In this document: piece by piece, positions 1 through 8,525 of the stretch
Numbering within the stretch: position 1 is the first letter of the stretch
How the letters are laid out: the number at the start of each line of letters is the position of its first letter
Virus record (IMG/VR): IMGVR_UViG_3300027674_000001
Location: 1 to 64,000 of that record
Strand: one strand, 5' to 3'
DNA length: 64,000 nt
Source of the DNA: a virus
The notes under the pieces: generated by a model
Seen by the model: the letters and a program-made list of their open reading frames with translations, nothing else
Database searches by the model: none
What the model was told of the DNA's origin: nothing
Translations under genes and position numbers: made by a program

Positions 1-1
1 C

Positions 2-529
2 AACCTTCAAATACGCAAACGAGCCACCGGCACAGGTAAGGCACAGTGGATCGATTACATGTTAGGTAAGCGAGCCGTCCCGTACGGATTCCCGGAAGCG
101 TTCCTATGCTCGCCGTCGTTTACCTCTCTCGGGTTCCAATCACACCGGGTAATTGATATCGATGAGGCTGTGGCGTGGATCATGGTATTGTACCGGACGT
201 GGAGTAAACCGTGGAAAGATCACAAGAGCATGCGAGTCCTGTACGATAACACAGGAGATGGGAAGAAGGACAAGGACGACTCGGCGCACGGGCCACCTAA
301 GCCACCCGGTACCCTACTCCCGACTGATCGCAATAGTAAACTCATGTACCGAGCTGGGGTCGCGAGTAAGTTGGCTCGCGGTATCGGGTACGAGAAGGCG
401 GTAGCCGCCGCGGGACATTTCCCTAGTGTTAAATCAATGGTCAACGCGAGCGCGGAAGAATGGGCGCTCGTATCTGGGTTTGGACGTGTCATGGCAACCG
501 CGGTGTATGATAAGGTGAGAGAGGAGTAA
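2..529 (+). CDS. Partial CDS with its 5' end outside the window. Function unknown, with a helix-hairpin-helix-like C-terminus (possible nuclease or DNA-binding protein)
   Basis: The frame is open from base 2 to the stop at 527-529, so the listed 59..529 ORF probably starts upstream of the window. The C-terminal GIGYEKAVAAAGHFPSV...GFGRVMA resembles tandem HhH motifs. The function is a guess. Confidence 0.45.
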   Translation, partial: NLQIRKRATGTGKAQWIDYMLGKRAVPYGFPEAFLCSPSFTSLGFQSHRVIDIDEAVAWIMVLYRTWSKPWKDHKSMRVLYDNTGDGKKDKDDSAHGPPKPPGTLLPTDRNSKLMYRAGVASKLARGIGYEKAVAAAGHFPSVKSMVNASAEEWALVSGFGRVMATAVYDKVREE

Positions 530-530
530 C

Positions 531-1178
531 GTGGGCGGCTGCAATAGCTGGCATGGTGGACATCGATGCTCTAACCCTGCCGAGTATAGACTACTGCACC
601 CAGATGGATCATTTAATCCTGGCGGGTGGATCTGTGGCAAGTGTGCCGCCGAGGTAATTGAGGAGTATGCGGAGAAACTAGGAGAGACGTGGGATATCGC
701 ACCACTAGAGGAGTCAACCGGAATACCCGCGCCCGAGACAACGAAAGAGAGGACGTTTACCATGCCATTACAGTGTGATCGTTGGCCCCCGCCCTATACT
801 GCTCGTTGCCCTAATCCCGCGCTCTATCGCCTCACTCGCACCCATCCCATCGAAGGAGTCCAGTACCTTGGCGGGCCGGTATGCGCGGAGTGTGCCGGGG
901 TCATCCTGTCCGAGGAAGAGAACGAGAGAGTAGCGGCGGGCGGCCCGTGGGACGTAGAGGAGATTGACCCGGAAACCCTTGCCGCTGCCCACCTTGACCC
1001 CTTGCCTGAGAACGTACCTACCCCTCAGGGCGCTCCCCGATTCCTGTACACCATCCCTCCGATTCCCTCGAAGGTTGAACGGGTGACTAAGTACCAGAGA
1101 GCTACCGCGCCCGCCACTCCGCGCCGACGTAGTACCCACAGTACCATTGACGTTGCTGGACTTAATGAGGACATGTAA
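531..1178 (+). CDS. Hypothetical protein with two tandem Cys-rich (zinc-ribbon-like) modules
   Basis: GTG start one base after the upstream stop. Two similar modules (C..NPAEYRLL...GKCAAEV and C.NPALYRLT...CAECAGV). Ends in TIDVAGLNEDM. Confidence 0.55.
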   Translation: MGGCNSWHGGHRCSNPAEYRLLHPDGSFNPGGWICGKCAAEVIEEYAEKLGETWDIAPLEESTGIPAPETTKERTFTMPLQCDRWPPPYTARCPNPALYRLTRTHPIEGVQYLGGPVCAECAGVILSEEENERVAAGGPWDVEEIDPETLAAAHLDPLPENVPTPQGAPRFLYTIPPIPSKVERVTKYQRATAPATPRRRSTHSTIDVAGLNEDM

Positions 1179-1184
1179 ACCGCT

Positions 1185-2627
1185 ATGACTTATCACTTCA
1201 TCGAAGGCGATATATTCGACATACTCCCGGGGTTTGAAGATGCCTCGTTCGATGCTTGCTTTTGTGACCCTCCATACCACATTTCGTTTATGTCGCGTAC
1301 TTGGGATAAAGGGGATGTTGCATTCCGTCCTGAGACTTGGGCAGAAGTATTCAGGGTACTTAAACCGGGCGCGCCATTGCTGGCATTCGGTGGCACTCGC
1401 ACCGTCCACAGGTTGACGTGTGCGATTGAGGATGCAGGGTTTGAGATCCGGGATACGTTGATGTGGCTTTACGGTTCTGGGTTTCCAAAAAGTCACGATA
1501 TAAGTAAAGGGATAGACAAGGCGCTTGGGCTAGAGCGAGAAGTGATCGGGCAGAAGATGCGCCCAGATGGTAAAGCAATGATTGACGCACGGCCCAATAA
1601 CTTCGATGGATCATTAGAAGGTTGGGATAGGCCGTGGAAGAAAGATCGCGCAAAGGTTGAGTTACAAGCATCAATCACCGCCCCCGCCTCTCCCGAATCC
1701 GCGCTATGGTCTGGCTATGGTACCGCGTTAAAACCAGCATGGGAGAGTATTATACTCGCGATGAAGCCATTAGATAGCGGGCTCACGTACGCTGAGAATG
1801 CGATGAAGCATGGGGTAGCGGGGTTGAATGTAGATGGTGCTAGGGTTAATGTTGATGGTGAGCGTCCACACATACAGCGCACTAATGACAAGTCTCTAGA
1901 TGGCGACGTATACGGTAGCGGTATAAATGGATCGAGAAGTTTAGGCACATTCAGTACCGGCCGCTGGCCCGCGAACCTTCTCCTATCCCACAGCGAGCAA
2001 TGCGTTGAAGGCACAGATGAAATATATGTATGCGCGGACGATTGCCCTGTTAGGCTGCTGGATAAGCAGAGTGGACAGACACGCTCACCAGATAAACCAG
2101 TAACCCAAGGTGTCAACTCTCGCGGCAGCGGATATAAAGTCGCCAAGGAACGCATAGATGCTGGTGGTGTAGGCTACGGTGACCGTGGTGGTGCCTCTCG
2201 ATTTTTTTACCAAGCCAAGGTTTCAACTCGCGAAAGAAACATGGGGGGAATCAATTGCTCCCATCCAACTCTCAAGCCTATTTCGTTATGTAAATACCTC
2301 GCAACTCTCATCCTTCCACCAGCCCACACCGATGGCTCCCCCCGCTCTCTACTCACTCCGTTCTCCGGCGCGGGCTCCGAAGTCTTGGGCTCCCTCCGCG
2401 CGGGCTGGGAGTATGTGATAGGGGTTGAGAGTGACCCGGAATCCGTGGCGTGGGCTGAGTGTAGGGTAGCGGCTGGATTGGGTGAGACGGTTCCCCCAAT
2501 GCCGTCTGCTTTCGCCAAGGCGCCCAGATCAGGACAAGACACCAGCCTCAATCCCTCACCTAGAACGGCTAGACAGGGCAAGGGGACGAGAATTGACGCG
2601 GACGCCTTGAATGAGGGAATCGACTAA
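1185..2627 (+). CDS. DNA N6-adenine/N4-cytosine methyltransferase (beta-class, DPPY type)
   Basis: Motif IV DPPY (FCDPPYH) lies near the N-terminus and AdoMet motif I (PFSGAGSE) near the C-terminus, which is the beta-class order. 480-aa ORF. The C-terminal tail is RIDADALNEGID. Confidence 0.85.
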   Translation: MTYHFIEGDIFDILPGFEDASFDACFCDPPYHISFMSRTWDKGDVAFRPETWAEVFRVLKPGAPLLAFGGTRTVHRLTCAIEDAGFEIRDTLMWLYGSGFPKSHDISKGIDKALGLEREVIGQKMRPDGKAMIDARPNNFDGSLEGWDRPWKKDRAKVELQASITAPASPESALWSGYGTALKPAWESIILAMKPLDSGLTYAENAMKHGVAGLNVDGARVNVDGERPHIQRTNDKSLDGDVYGSGINGSRSLGTFSTGRWPANLLLSHSEQCVEGTDEIYVCADDCPVRLLDKQSGQTRSPDKPVTQGVNSRGSGYKVAKERIDAGGVGYGDRGGASRFFYQAKVSTRERNMGGINCSHPTLKPISLCKYLATLILPPAHTDGSPRSLLTPFSGAGSEVLGSLRAGWEYVIGVESDPESVAWAECRVAAGLGETVPPMPSAFAKAPRSGQDTSLNPSPRTARQGKGTRIDADALNEGID

Positions 2628-2633
2628 GGGTAC

Positions 2634-2662
2634 TTGACAGGGTACCCTATCCATGGTAGCGT
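2634..2662 (+). promoter_or_regulatory. Sigma70-type promoter P1 (member of the conserved family)
   Basis: TTGACA 2634-2639, 17-nt spacer, TGG-TAGCGT with the -10 at 2657-2662. The -35 lies between complementary arms GGGTAC 2628-2633 and GTACCC 2642-2647. Confidence 0.6.
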
Positions 2663-2829
2663 CCTCCTTAGAGGACTAAAGACTAGCGGGGGTCGCGAGA
2701 CAAAAGGCCCGCCACATCTAAGCTGAGTCCGCCCCGTTTAGTCCTCTCTTGTGATCCCCTGCCGCTCTCCCGGATTCGCCGGAACGGGTGGCCGCCGTCA
2801 TCTACTCTCGGAAGGAAGGTACTCACCCT

Positions 2830-3246
2830 ATGCCCATCGCGAACACCGCCACACACGCCGCCAAGACTCCCGCCGCTCCCAAGCCCCCCAAGGCCGCTGG
2901 CACCAGCGTCAACAAGTCCGGTGCTCCCCGCGCCCCCAAGGGTCCCTCTCTCGTCTGGACCTCTGGCAAGGGGTCCATGGATGCCGTCCTCGTCAACGCC
3001 GCTCGCACTCAGGCCGCCGAGGGCAACGGGCTCGTGTACATTGGCCCGCTCGTGGACTCCCTCAAGTCCAGCCCGCTGTTCGCCGATGCCGTGGCCGCTG
3101 GCACCCTCACCCAGGCCAAGGTGAGTAGCCGTATCGCCAAGCTGCGGGCCTTCGGAGTCATCCTGCCCAAGAGCGGGCGCAACCGCTCCCAGGTGGACGT
3201 TGCGGGGCTCAACGAGGGAGTGGAGGCCGAGCTGGCCGCCGAGTAG
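2830..3246 (+). CDS. Lys/Ala/Pro-rich basic protein (histone-like/DNA-binding candidate), apparently monocistronic
   Basis: ATG 2830 follows GGAAGGAAGG. The N-terminus is AKTPAAPKPPKAAGTSVNKSGAPRAPKGP. The gene is visibly GC-richer than its neighbours. It has its own promoter upstream and terminator downstream. The C-terminus carries VDVAGLNEG. Confidence 0.65.
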   Translation: MPIANTATHAAKTPAAPKPPKAAGTSVNKSGAPRAPKGPSLVWTSGKGSMDAVLVNAARTQAAEGNGLVYIGPLVDSLKSSPLFADAVAAGTLTQAKVSSRIAKLRAFGVILPKSGRNRSQVDVAGLNEGVEAELAAE

Positions 3247-3277
3247 GTCAAAGACCGAGACAGACCATCTCCTCGCA

Positions 3278-3317
3278 AGCCACGGGGTTGTGTACCGCCC
3301 GCCCCGTGGCTCTTTTT
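3278..3317 (+). terminator. Rho-independent terminator
   Basis: 10-bp stem AGCCACGGGG 3278-3287 / CCCCGTGGCT 3302-3311, followed by TCTTTTTC. Confidence 0.7.
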
Positions 3318-3374
3318 CGTCCAGCCAGCGCGTGGGTTCCGGGACGCGGTTCCGGGCCTAGGGCCTTGGGGTCC

Positions 3375-3403
3375 TTGACAGGGACCCCGGCCTGTGGTAA
3401 GGT
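3375..3403 (+). promoter_or_regulatory. Sigma70-type promoter P2 (conserved family)
   Basis: TTGACA 3375-3380, 17 nt, TGG-TAAGGT with the -10 at 3398-3403. 7-bp arms GGGGTCC 3368-3374 / GGACCCC 3382-3388 flank the -35. Confidence 0.65.
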
Positions 3404-3495
3404 GGAACCCGTGCTCAGTTGCTTGATAACGCGGTAGCGATGGGCCGAGGACGACTCGGTGGCATCTGAGCACAATTAAAAACGAGGTGACCCCC

Positions 3496-3786
3496 ATGTT
3501 GCGATTCGTTGACGTGCGAGGGTACGGTACTGATGGCAGGTTCTCTTACTACAACACGGTCACAGGCAAGTATCTAGAACTAGACGGCGATCAGATATGG
3601 GATTCGATGCAAGAGGTAGAAGAGAGTCACACGAGCGACAGATCGGGGGCAGGGCTAGAATACCCGCTTGATCGACTTCAAACGATTACACCCCAATGGG
3701 CATTTATTCAGTCCACAGAAGAGGAGATGCAAGAAGCCATCTATAGATTCTACGGCGTGGGTGCTGTGGTAGGGCAGAGGCCATGA
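3496..3786 (+). CDS. Hypothetical protein
   Basis: ORF with ATG 3496 about 9 nt after ACGAGG. GTG 3487 is an alternative start. It is the first gene after P2. Confidence 0.55.
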   Translation: MLRFVDVRGYGTDGRFSYYNTVTGKYLELDGDQIWDSMQEVEESHTSDRSGAGLEYPLDRLQTITPQWAFIQSTEEEMQEAIYRFYGVGAVVGQRP

Positions 3787-3989
3787 AAATTATAATCGGT
3801 GGAGTAAATCTCACCATCCCACTCGATCAGCGTATCGACGTAGCGCGGCAAGTGGTGGGCCAGCTAGAGCAGTGCGAAATACTCCCCGTGTTTGAGGGGA
3901 TACCCGATCACGTCAAAGTGTGGATAGCCGATTGGGATGCAGGCGTGAAGAAGAGAGCACTTCGCCAGATGCTGAAGGGGGGACGTTGA
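3783..3989 (+). CDS. Hypothetical protein
   Basis: 68-aa ORF. Its start overlaps the upstream stop (ATGA), suggesting translational coupling. Confidence 0.5.
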   Translation: MKIIIGGVNLTIPLDQRIDVARQVVGQLEQCEILPVFEGIPDHVKVWIADWDAGVKKRALRQMLKGGR

Positions 3990-4405
3990 TGTCAATTTCT
4001 GTCAACCGCACCGGGTACCTAGTCACGTACTCTATCCCAGTCCGCGAGCTTGGTAAGGGTCCAGCCCCGCACGATGGCGGATACCGTACCTACGCCTGCG
4101 CCGACGAAGCCGCACTGGCCGCGCTTATCCTCCGGTTAACTGGACGTGAACTGAGTACGTATCCGAGACGGTCCACACACCCACAGTGGAAAGAAAAGAG
4201 CGAGAGCATCATGTGGACTATCCCCGGAGTCCAAATCGCGCACCCGCTCCATATCTACTCGACGAGTACAGGATGCGAAACGGAGATAGCGACAGTGTGC
4301 GGTCATGTGAGATTCGGGACGACACTCTCATGTGTCAAGGATTACGGGCACAAGGGCCAACACAACTACGGTAGAACCAAAAGGCACACGGCCCCGTGTT
4401 CGTAG
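3989..4405 (+). CDS. Hypothetical protein
   Basis: In-frame ATG 3989 overlaps the upstream TGA. The listed 3920 start would overlap the previous gene by 70 nt. Confidence 0.5.
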   Translation: MSISVNRTGYLVTYSIPVRELGKGPAPHDGGYRTYACADEAALAALILRLTGRELSTYPRRSTHPQWKEKSESIMWTIPGVQIAHPLHIYSTSTGCETEIATVCGHVRFGTTLSCVKDYGHKGQHNYGRTKRHTAPCS

Positions 4406-4680
4406 CCACCGCAGCTAAGATCCACTCGGCTCGTTGTGGGGGATTCGCTACCGCTCCCATCGATGATCTCATCTTCGCCGCGAGCCATGACGGTTGGTGT
4501 CCATCATTCATCCACTGGCTGAGAGAGAATCGATATCTCCGGTGGCCCAACACCCCGGACGTACTCCGATACTACGGATGGGTGGCGAATGAAGATCTCA
4601 CCATGGCGCGATTCGACACGGTACCCGGGTGGAAGTTTGCGGCGGCGTTGGATGAGATGGAACCAAGGAGTAACTGTTGA
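4396..4680 (+). CDS. Hypothetical protein
   Basis: 94-aa ORF in a tightly packed co-directional array. Confidence 0.5.
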   Translation: MFVATAAKIHSARCGGFATAPIDDLIFAASHDGWCPSFIHWLRENRYLRWPNTPDVLRYYGWVANEDLTMARFDTVPGWKFAAALDEMEPRSNC

Positions 4681-5207
4681 CCGCGCGAGGTGACACCGTG
4701 ACCCGCTTAATTACTCTTTCGATATCCACCTATATAGGTACATCGTTTCTCGCCACCCATTACTATGGACGCCTATACAATACCGCCGATGACGAATATT
4801 CCTCCATAGACGTAGAGCGTCCGATGACCCACCGAGAGATTGTCGCCGCGAACAAGGAAGCGGGGCACTCTGTATGCGAGCGCGGGGACATGACTAGTCG
4901 CCTTCTTAGTGAGGATGAGGTACATAAGGTGGCTATCAAGTGGTACAAGGCCCACTCCGATGCCTTCGATGATGCGGTACTCCTAGAGGGCCATTTCGCG
5001 TCGTGTGATCCCAAGAAGGCTATCGCCGGTCCACCGGATATCGTAGCGCGGATTAACTCCTTGTGGGAAGCATGGGAGACAATGAACGGATGGGACGGTG
5101 GTAATAGAATAGGTGCGCGAGCCGTGGCAAAGGTATGGGATGAGTTGATGAAGGAAATTAGGCAAGGAGGGATAACCCCGTGGACTCCGATCAATCCGCT
5201 ATCCTAA
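4677..5207 (+). CDS. Hypothetical protein
   Basis: 176-aa ORF with a TTG start overlapping the upstream stop. GTG 4698 is an alternative start. Confidence 0.55.
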   Translation: MTARGDTVTRLITLSISTYIGTSFLATHYYGRLYNTADDEYSSIDVERPMTHREIVAANKEAGHSVCERGDMTSRLLSEDEVHKVAIKWYKAHSDAFDDAVLLEGHFASCDPKKAIAGPPDIVARINSLWEAWETMNGWDGGNRIGARAVAKVWDELMKEIRQGGITPWTPINPLS

Positions 5208-5671
5208 CTCTCCTCCGCGCCCGTGGCCCTCTAACAGTCTCCCAAATCGCGGATGCCATCTATCCCAATGGTACTGGGTTCATGGAAGATTGTGGCCTAA
5301 GCGCGGGAGACAAGATAGACCTAGAACTGTCTCGCCTACAATACTCGGTAGAAGAGATAGGAAGAGATGACGAGGGCGAAGGCATCTACTCCGCTACCAC
5401 TCCCGAACGGTACGCGGAACTACGCAAGATTGCCCGCTGCGACATGGCACAGTGGCTTAGGGATGTTCGCTCTAAGATGCGGCGGAAGGCTAGGGACACA
5501 GACCAGGACCTATATAACGAGATTGATTACCACCTGTACCGAGCCACCCTTAGCGAGCGCCGCCATATCATGCGAGCGAGTAAGCGGCCAGTGGGGGAGA
5601 TGGTAGCCGAGTTTAACGCGAAGGGTTTAAGGTGTATTAATGACATAGAGAGGGAGAAAGGTACGCTATGA
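5180..5671 (+). CDS. Hypothetical protein with an N-terminal winged-helix-like segment
   Basis: 163-aa ORF. ILTLLRARGPLTVSQIADAIY resembles a MarR/wHTH recognition region. Weak call. Confidence 0.5.
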   Translation: MDSDQSAILTLLRARGPLTVSQIADAIYPNGTGFMEDCGLSAGDKIDLELSRLQYSVEEIGRDDEGEGIYSATTPERYAELRKIARCDMAQWLRDVRSKMRRKARDTDQDLYNEIDYHLYRATLSERRHIMRASKRPVGEMVAEFNAKGLRCINDIEREKGTL

Positions 5672-5997
5672 CAATCGACGAAGCCATCGCCCAGTGCGAT
5701 ATCCGCAATTACCGGAAAGATGTCAGATGGGTACCCAACCCCAATGAACCAGTCGAGTTTATCCCTGTGTACAGTGTAGATAGCGGCCAAGCAGATATCA
5801 GCGGGCCAACCGATGCACTATTAATGTTATTTATGTGCGGTGTAAGTAGTGTGGACGGTAATGATGTGATCCGCACTATCCGTACTCGTGACTATATATG
5901 TAATCCTGTAGATATCATGGTGATTAAGGTTGAGAGTACAACTGACAAAGAGTCAAGCCAAGGTAACATCATCTGGCGTCGGCCTACATCAGTATGA
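5668..5997 (+). CDS. Hypothetical protein
   Basis: 109-aa ORF with ATGA overlaps at both ends. Confidence 0.5.
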   Translation: MTIDEAIAQCDIRNYRKDVRWVPNPNEPVEFIPVYSVDSGQADISGPTDALLMLFMCGVSSVDGNDVIRTIRTRDYICNPVDIMVIKVESTTDKESSQGNIIWRRPTSV

Positions 5998-7418
5998 TAG
6001 TAGTCCCTGGTGCTGGCCGCCTACCTAACCTCGTGCTGCTTTGTGGGGAAGCTCCCGGCGCACAGGAAGCCGAGAAGGGAGAGCCATTTATAGGACGTAG
6101 CGGGCAAGAACAAAGCTGGTATTTATCCCGCCACAACCTTAACGTCCGCAACTGGTATCGTACCAACGTCTCGAAATGCTGGCATGGTGATAATCGCGAC
6201 CCCTCCCGCGAAGATATCGAGGAGTGGACTCCTGTACTCCTCTCCGAAATAGAACAATGCTCCCCCTCGCTCGTGATAGCAGTCGGGAGGTTCGCCGCTC
6301 GATTCTTCCTCGGGGAATCGGTAGAGATGGATATGGTTCACGGGCTACCCCATCGCCCCGGTGCCTTCGATCCCTCGCGTATATCCCGCGCGCCCAAGGG
6401 GTGTGTTATCCTGCCCGTGACGCACCCAGCTAGTGTCTTCCACGGCTCCGATGACAAGAAGAATGATATCCGGGCGCTGGTAGACTGGGATTACTCTCAG
6501 GCCGCGCAAGTGTTAGCTTTGATTAAATCCGGCCGCGCCCACGAGATAGACTACCGTGGTGACGAATATCCCAATCCGCACTATGAAGACGTATCGGGTC
6601 AATTCATCTCTGATTACATCGCCGCTAAAGTCACTCTCGGCGGGGTGCAATCCATGGCGCTTGACACCGAGGGAGTACCGGGCGCCGAGTGGTCTATACA
6701 GGTGAGCTTAGACCCAGGTGAGGGATTCTTACTCAGGTGCGCTCGCGATGACTTCCAGGTGGGGATAGCGGCATTACAGGAGGCGGTAGATAAAGGTATC
6801 TTGGTTATAACCCATGACGCCTCCACCCCTGCCGGCTGCTGCTACGATACCATCATGGCGCGCGGTATGGGGCTCGATTTATCCCGAGCATCCAACATCT
6901 TCAACACGATGACAGCGCTGTACCTATTACGTTTCGAGCCCCAAGGACTCAAGCCCGCAGCTTGGCGCTGGTGTGGCATGCGCATGACAGACTATGAGAG
7001 CCTAATCGGCGACATCGGCTACCGGAAGCAATTCGAGTACCTATGTAGGGTACTGGATTACCGAGATTCCCCTTGGCCTACAATTGAACCTCGAATGGTG
7101 CACGAACACGATGGCACCTCGCGCGTATATTCGCCCCATGGCATAGAGCAATCGGCCCGGAGTATCGTTCTCGATATCGCCAACGGTAAGCTAGACAAGG
7201 ACGGGAATCCGCCCGATCCGTGGAAGCGATGGAAGCAAGTCCTACCGGAGATTAGAGAGATTACCTCGCGGGTGCTAGGCCCCATGCCTACAGGTAATCT
7301 AGGGGATATACCTCTAGAGGACGCCACTATCTACGCAGCTAAAGATGCCGACGCTTCCTTACGACTGTATTACGCGCTGTCGGATGAATTGCGGCGACGG
7401 GATCTAACACAGGCATAA
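5994..7418 (+). CDS. Family-4 uracil-DNA-glycosylase-like domain fused to a PolA-type 3'-5' exonuclease domain (N-terminal part of a split DNA polymerase)
   Basis: UDG4-type motifs GEAPG..E...G.PF.GRSG and THPAS. Exonuclease motifs MALDTEG (ExoI) and YAAKDADAS (ExoIII). The ORF ends at the usual exo/pol domain boundary. Confidence 0.85.
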   Translation: MIVVPGAGRLPNLVLLCGEAPGAQEAEKGEPFIGRSGQEQSWYLSRHNLNVRNWYRTNVSKCWHGDNRDPSREDIEEWTPVLLSEIEQCSPSLVIAVGRFAARFFLGESVEMDMVHGLPHRPGAFDPSRISRAPKGCVILPVTHPASVFHGSDDKKNDIRALVDWDYSQAAQVLALIKSGRAHEIDYRGDEYPNPHYEDVSGQFISDYIAAKVTLGGVQSMALDTEGVPGAEWSIQVSLDPGEGFLLRCARDDFQVGIAALQEAVDKGILVITHDASTPAGCCYDTIMARGMGLDLSRASNIFNTMTALYLLRFEPQGLKPAAWRWCGMRMTDYESLIGDIGYRKQFEYLCRVLDYRDSPWPTIEPRMVHEHDGTSRVYSPHGIEQSARSIVLDIANGKLDKDGNPPDPWKRWKQVLPEIREITSRVLGPMPTGNLGDIPLEDATIYAAKDADASLRLYYALSDELRRRDLTQA

Positions 7419-7424
7419 ACAGAC

Positions 7425-8525
7425 ATGCCAGCTTACTACAACGAGATAGACCCATTCGTGGCCAATTGGCTAGAGTGGCTAGTTAAAGTTGAGATGATCG
7501 CGGATGGCGTGGTAGATAGGCGCTCTATCAAGGACGTTATGCCAAGTGACTTGAACGGGTTTACTCAGTGTCATTTCTTCGCGGGTATAGGCGGCTGGTC
7601 GTATGCGTTACGGTTGACTGGATGGCCCGATAATAGACCCGTGTGGACAGGCTCATGCCCATGTCAACCGTTCTCAGGTGCAGGGCTAATGCTGGGAGAG
7701 AATGATGATAGGCACCTCTGGCCAAGTTGGTTTGATCTCATTGCGCAGTGCCAACCTCCAATCATCTTTGGAGAACAAGTTGCAAGCCCGCCTGGACGTG
7801 AATGGCTCGATACTGTATCAGCTAATTTGGAAGCATTGGACTATGCCATCGGGGCGGCGGATCTGTGCGCTGCGGGCATCGGTGCCCCGCACATCAGGCA
7901 ACGGCTGTGGTTCGTGGCCGAGTCCACGAGCGACCGATACGGGGAGACGCGGATGGAAGCCGAGTCCCGGAGAGGGCAATGTACAACTCGACAGGATGGC
8001 AGCGATGTGGCTAGCGGGGTATCCAACACCAAACACCCGCGATCACCATGCACAGGGGGCAACCCACAACACGAAAGCTCAATCGTCGTCACTGGCAACA
8101 AAGTTAGAGAAGAAAGCGCGGCCTATGGGCTGGCCAACCCCGATGGCAGGAACACCGAAACAGAAGGGTTACAACGAAGCCGGCAACACGGACAGCAGCC
8201 GAAAGACGGTCGCACTATTATCAGGTTGGCCCACGACTCGTTCCAGCGATGCAGAGAAGAACGTGCGAACGATAGAAGGGAGCGCCCGCGAGATGGCAAG
8301 GAAGGGCACAGCGCAGGACTTGAACCAAGCGGCGACACTAACCTATGGGCCTTGTGCGAATGGCTCCCATACTCAGATGGTAGATCGCGGCCAGTTGAAC
8401 CCGGCACATTCCCGTTGGCTCATGGGATTCCCCGACGTGTGGGACGATTGCGCGGATATGGTAACGCGATAGTACCTCAAGTCGCCGCTGAGTTTATAGG
8501 TGCATATCTGGATACAGAACAATGA
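7425..8525 (+). CDS. DNA (cytosine-5)-methyltransferase with an anomalous reading-frame structure
   Basis: This frame carries motifs I FFAGIGG, IV PCQPFS, VI FGEQV, VIII QRLWF and X GNAIVPQV. The central third is Arg-rich and low-complexity, while the overlapping ORF 7702..8472 carries family-typical target-recognition motifs. See the finding on this gene. Confidence 0.7.
   Translation: MPAYYNEIDPFVANWLEWLVKVEMIADGVVDRRSIKDVMPSDLNGFTQCHFFAGIGGWSYALRLTGWPDNRPVWTGSCPCQPFSGAGLMLGENDDRHLWPSWFDLIAQCQPPIIFGEQVASPPGREWLDTVSANLEALDYAIGAADLCAAGIGAPHIRQRLWFVAESTSDRYGETRMEAESRRGQCTTRQDGSDVASGVSNTKHPRSPCTGGNPQHESSIVVTGNKVREESAAYGLANPDGRNTETEGLQRSRQHGQQPKDGRTIIRLAHDSFQRCREERANDRRERPRDGKEGHSAGLEPSGDTNLWALCEWLPYSDGRSRPVEPGTFPLAHGIPRRVGRLRGYGNAIVPQVAAEFIGAYLDTEQ

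Noticed and set aside
768-1496. 242-aa minus-strand ORF
   Set aside because: It lies antisense to two well-supported plus-strand genes, including the DPPY methyltransferase. It is Arg/Ser/Pro-rich and low in complexity, with no RBS. This is a typical shadow ORF.
2751-3128. Alternative-frame 125-aa ORF overlapping the basic protein gene
   Set aside because: Its Arg-rich translation is what an off-frame GC-rich gene would give. The frame starting at ATG 2830 has an RBS and a coherent sequence.
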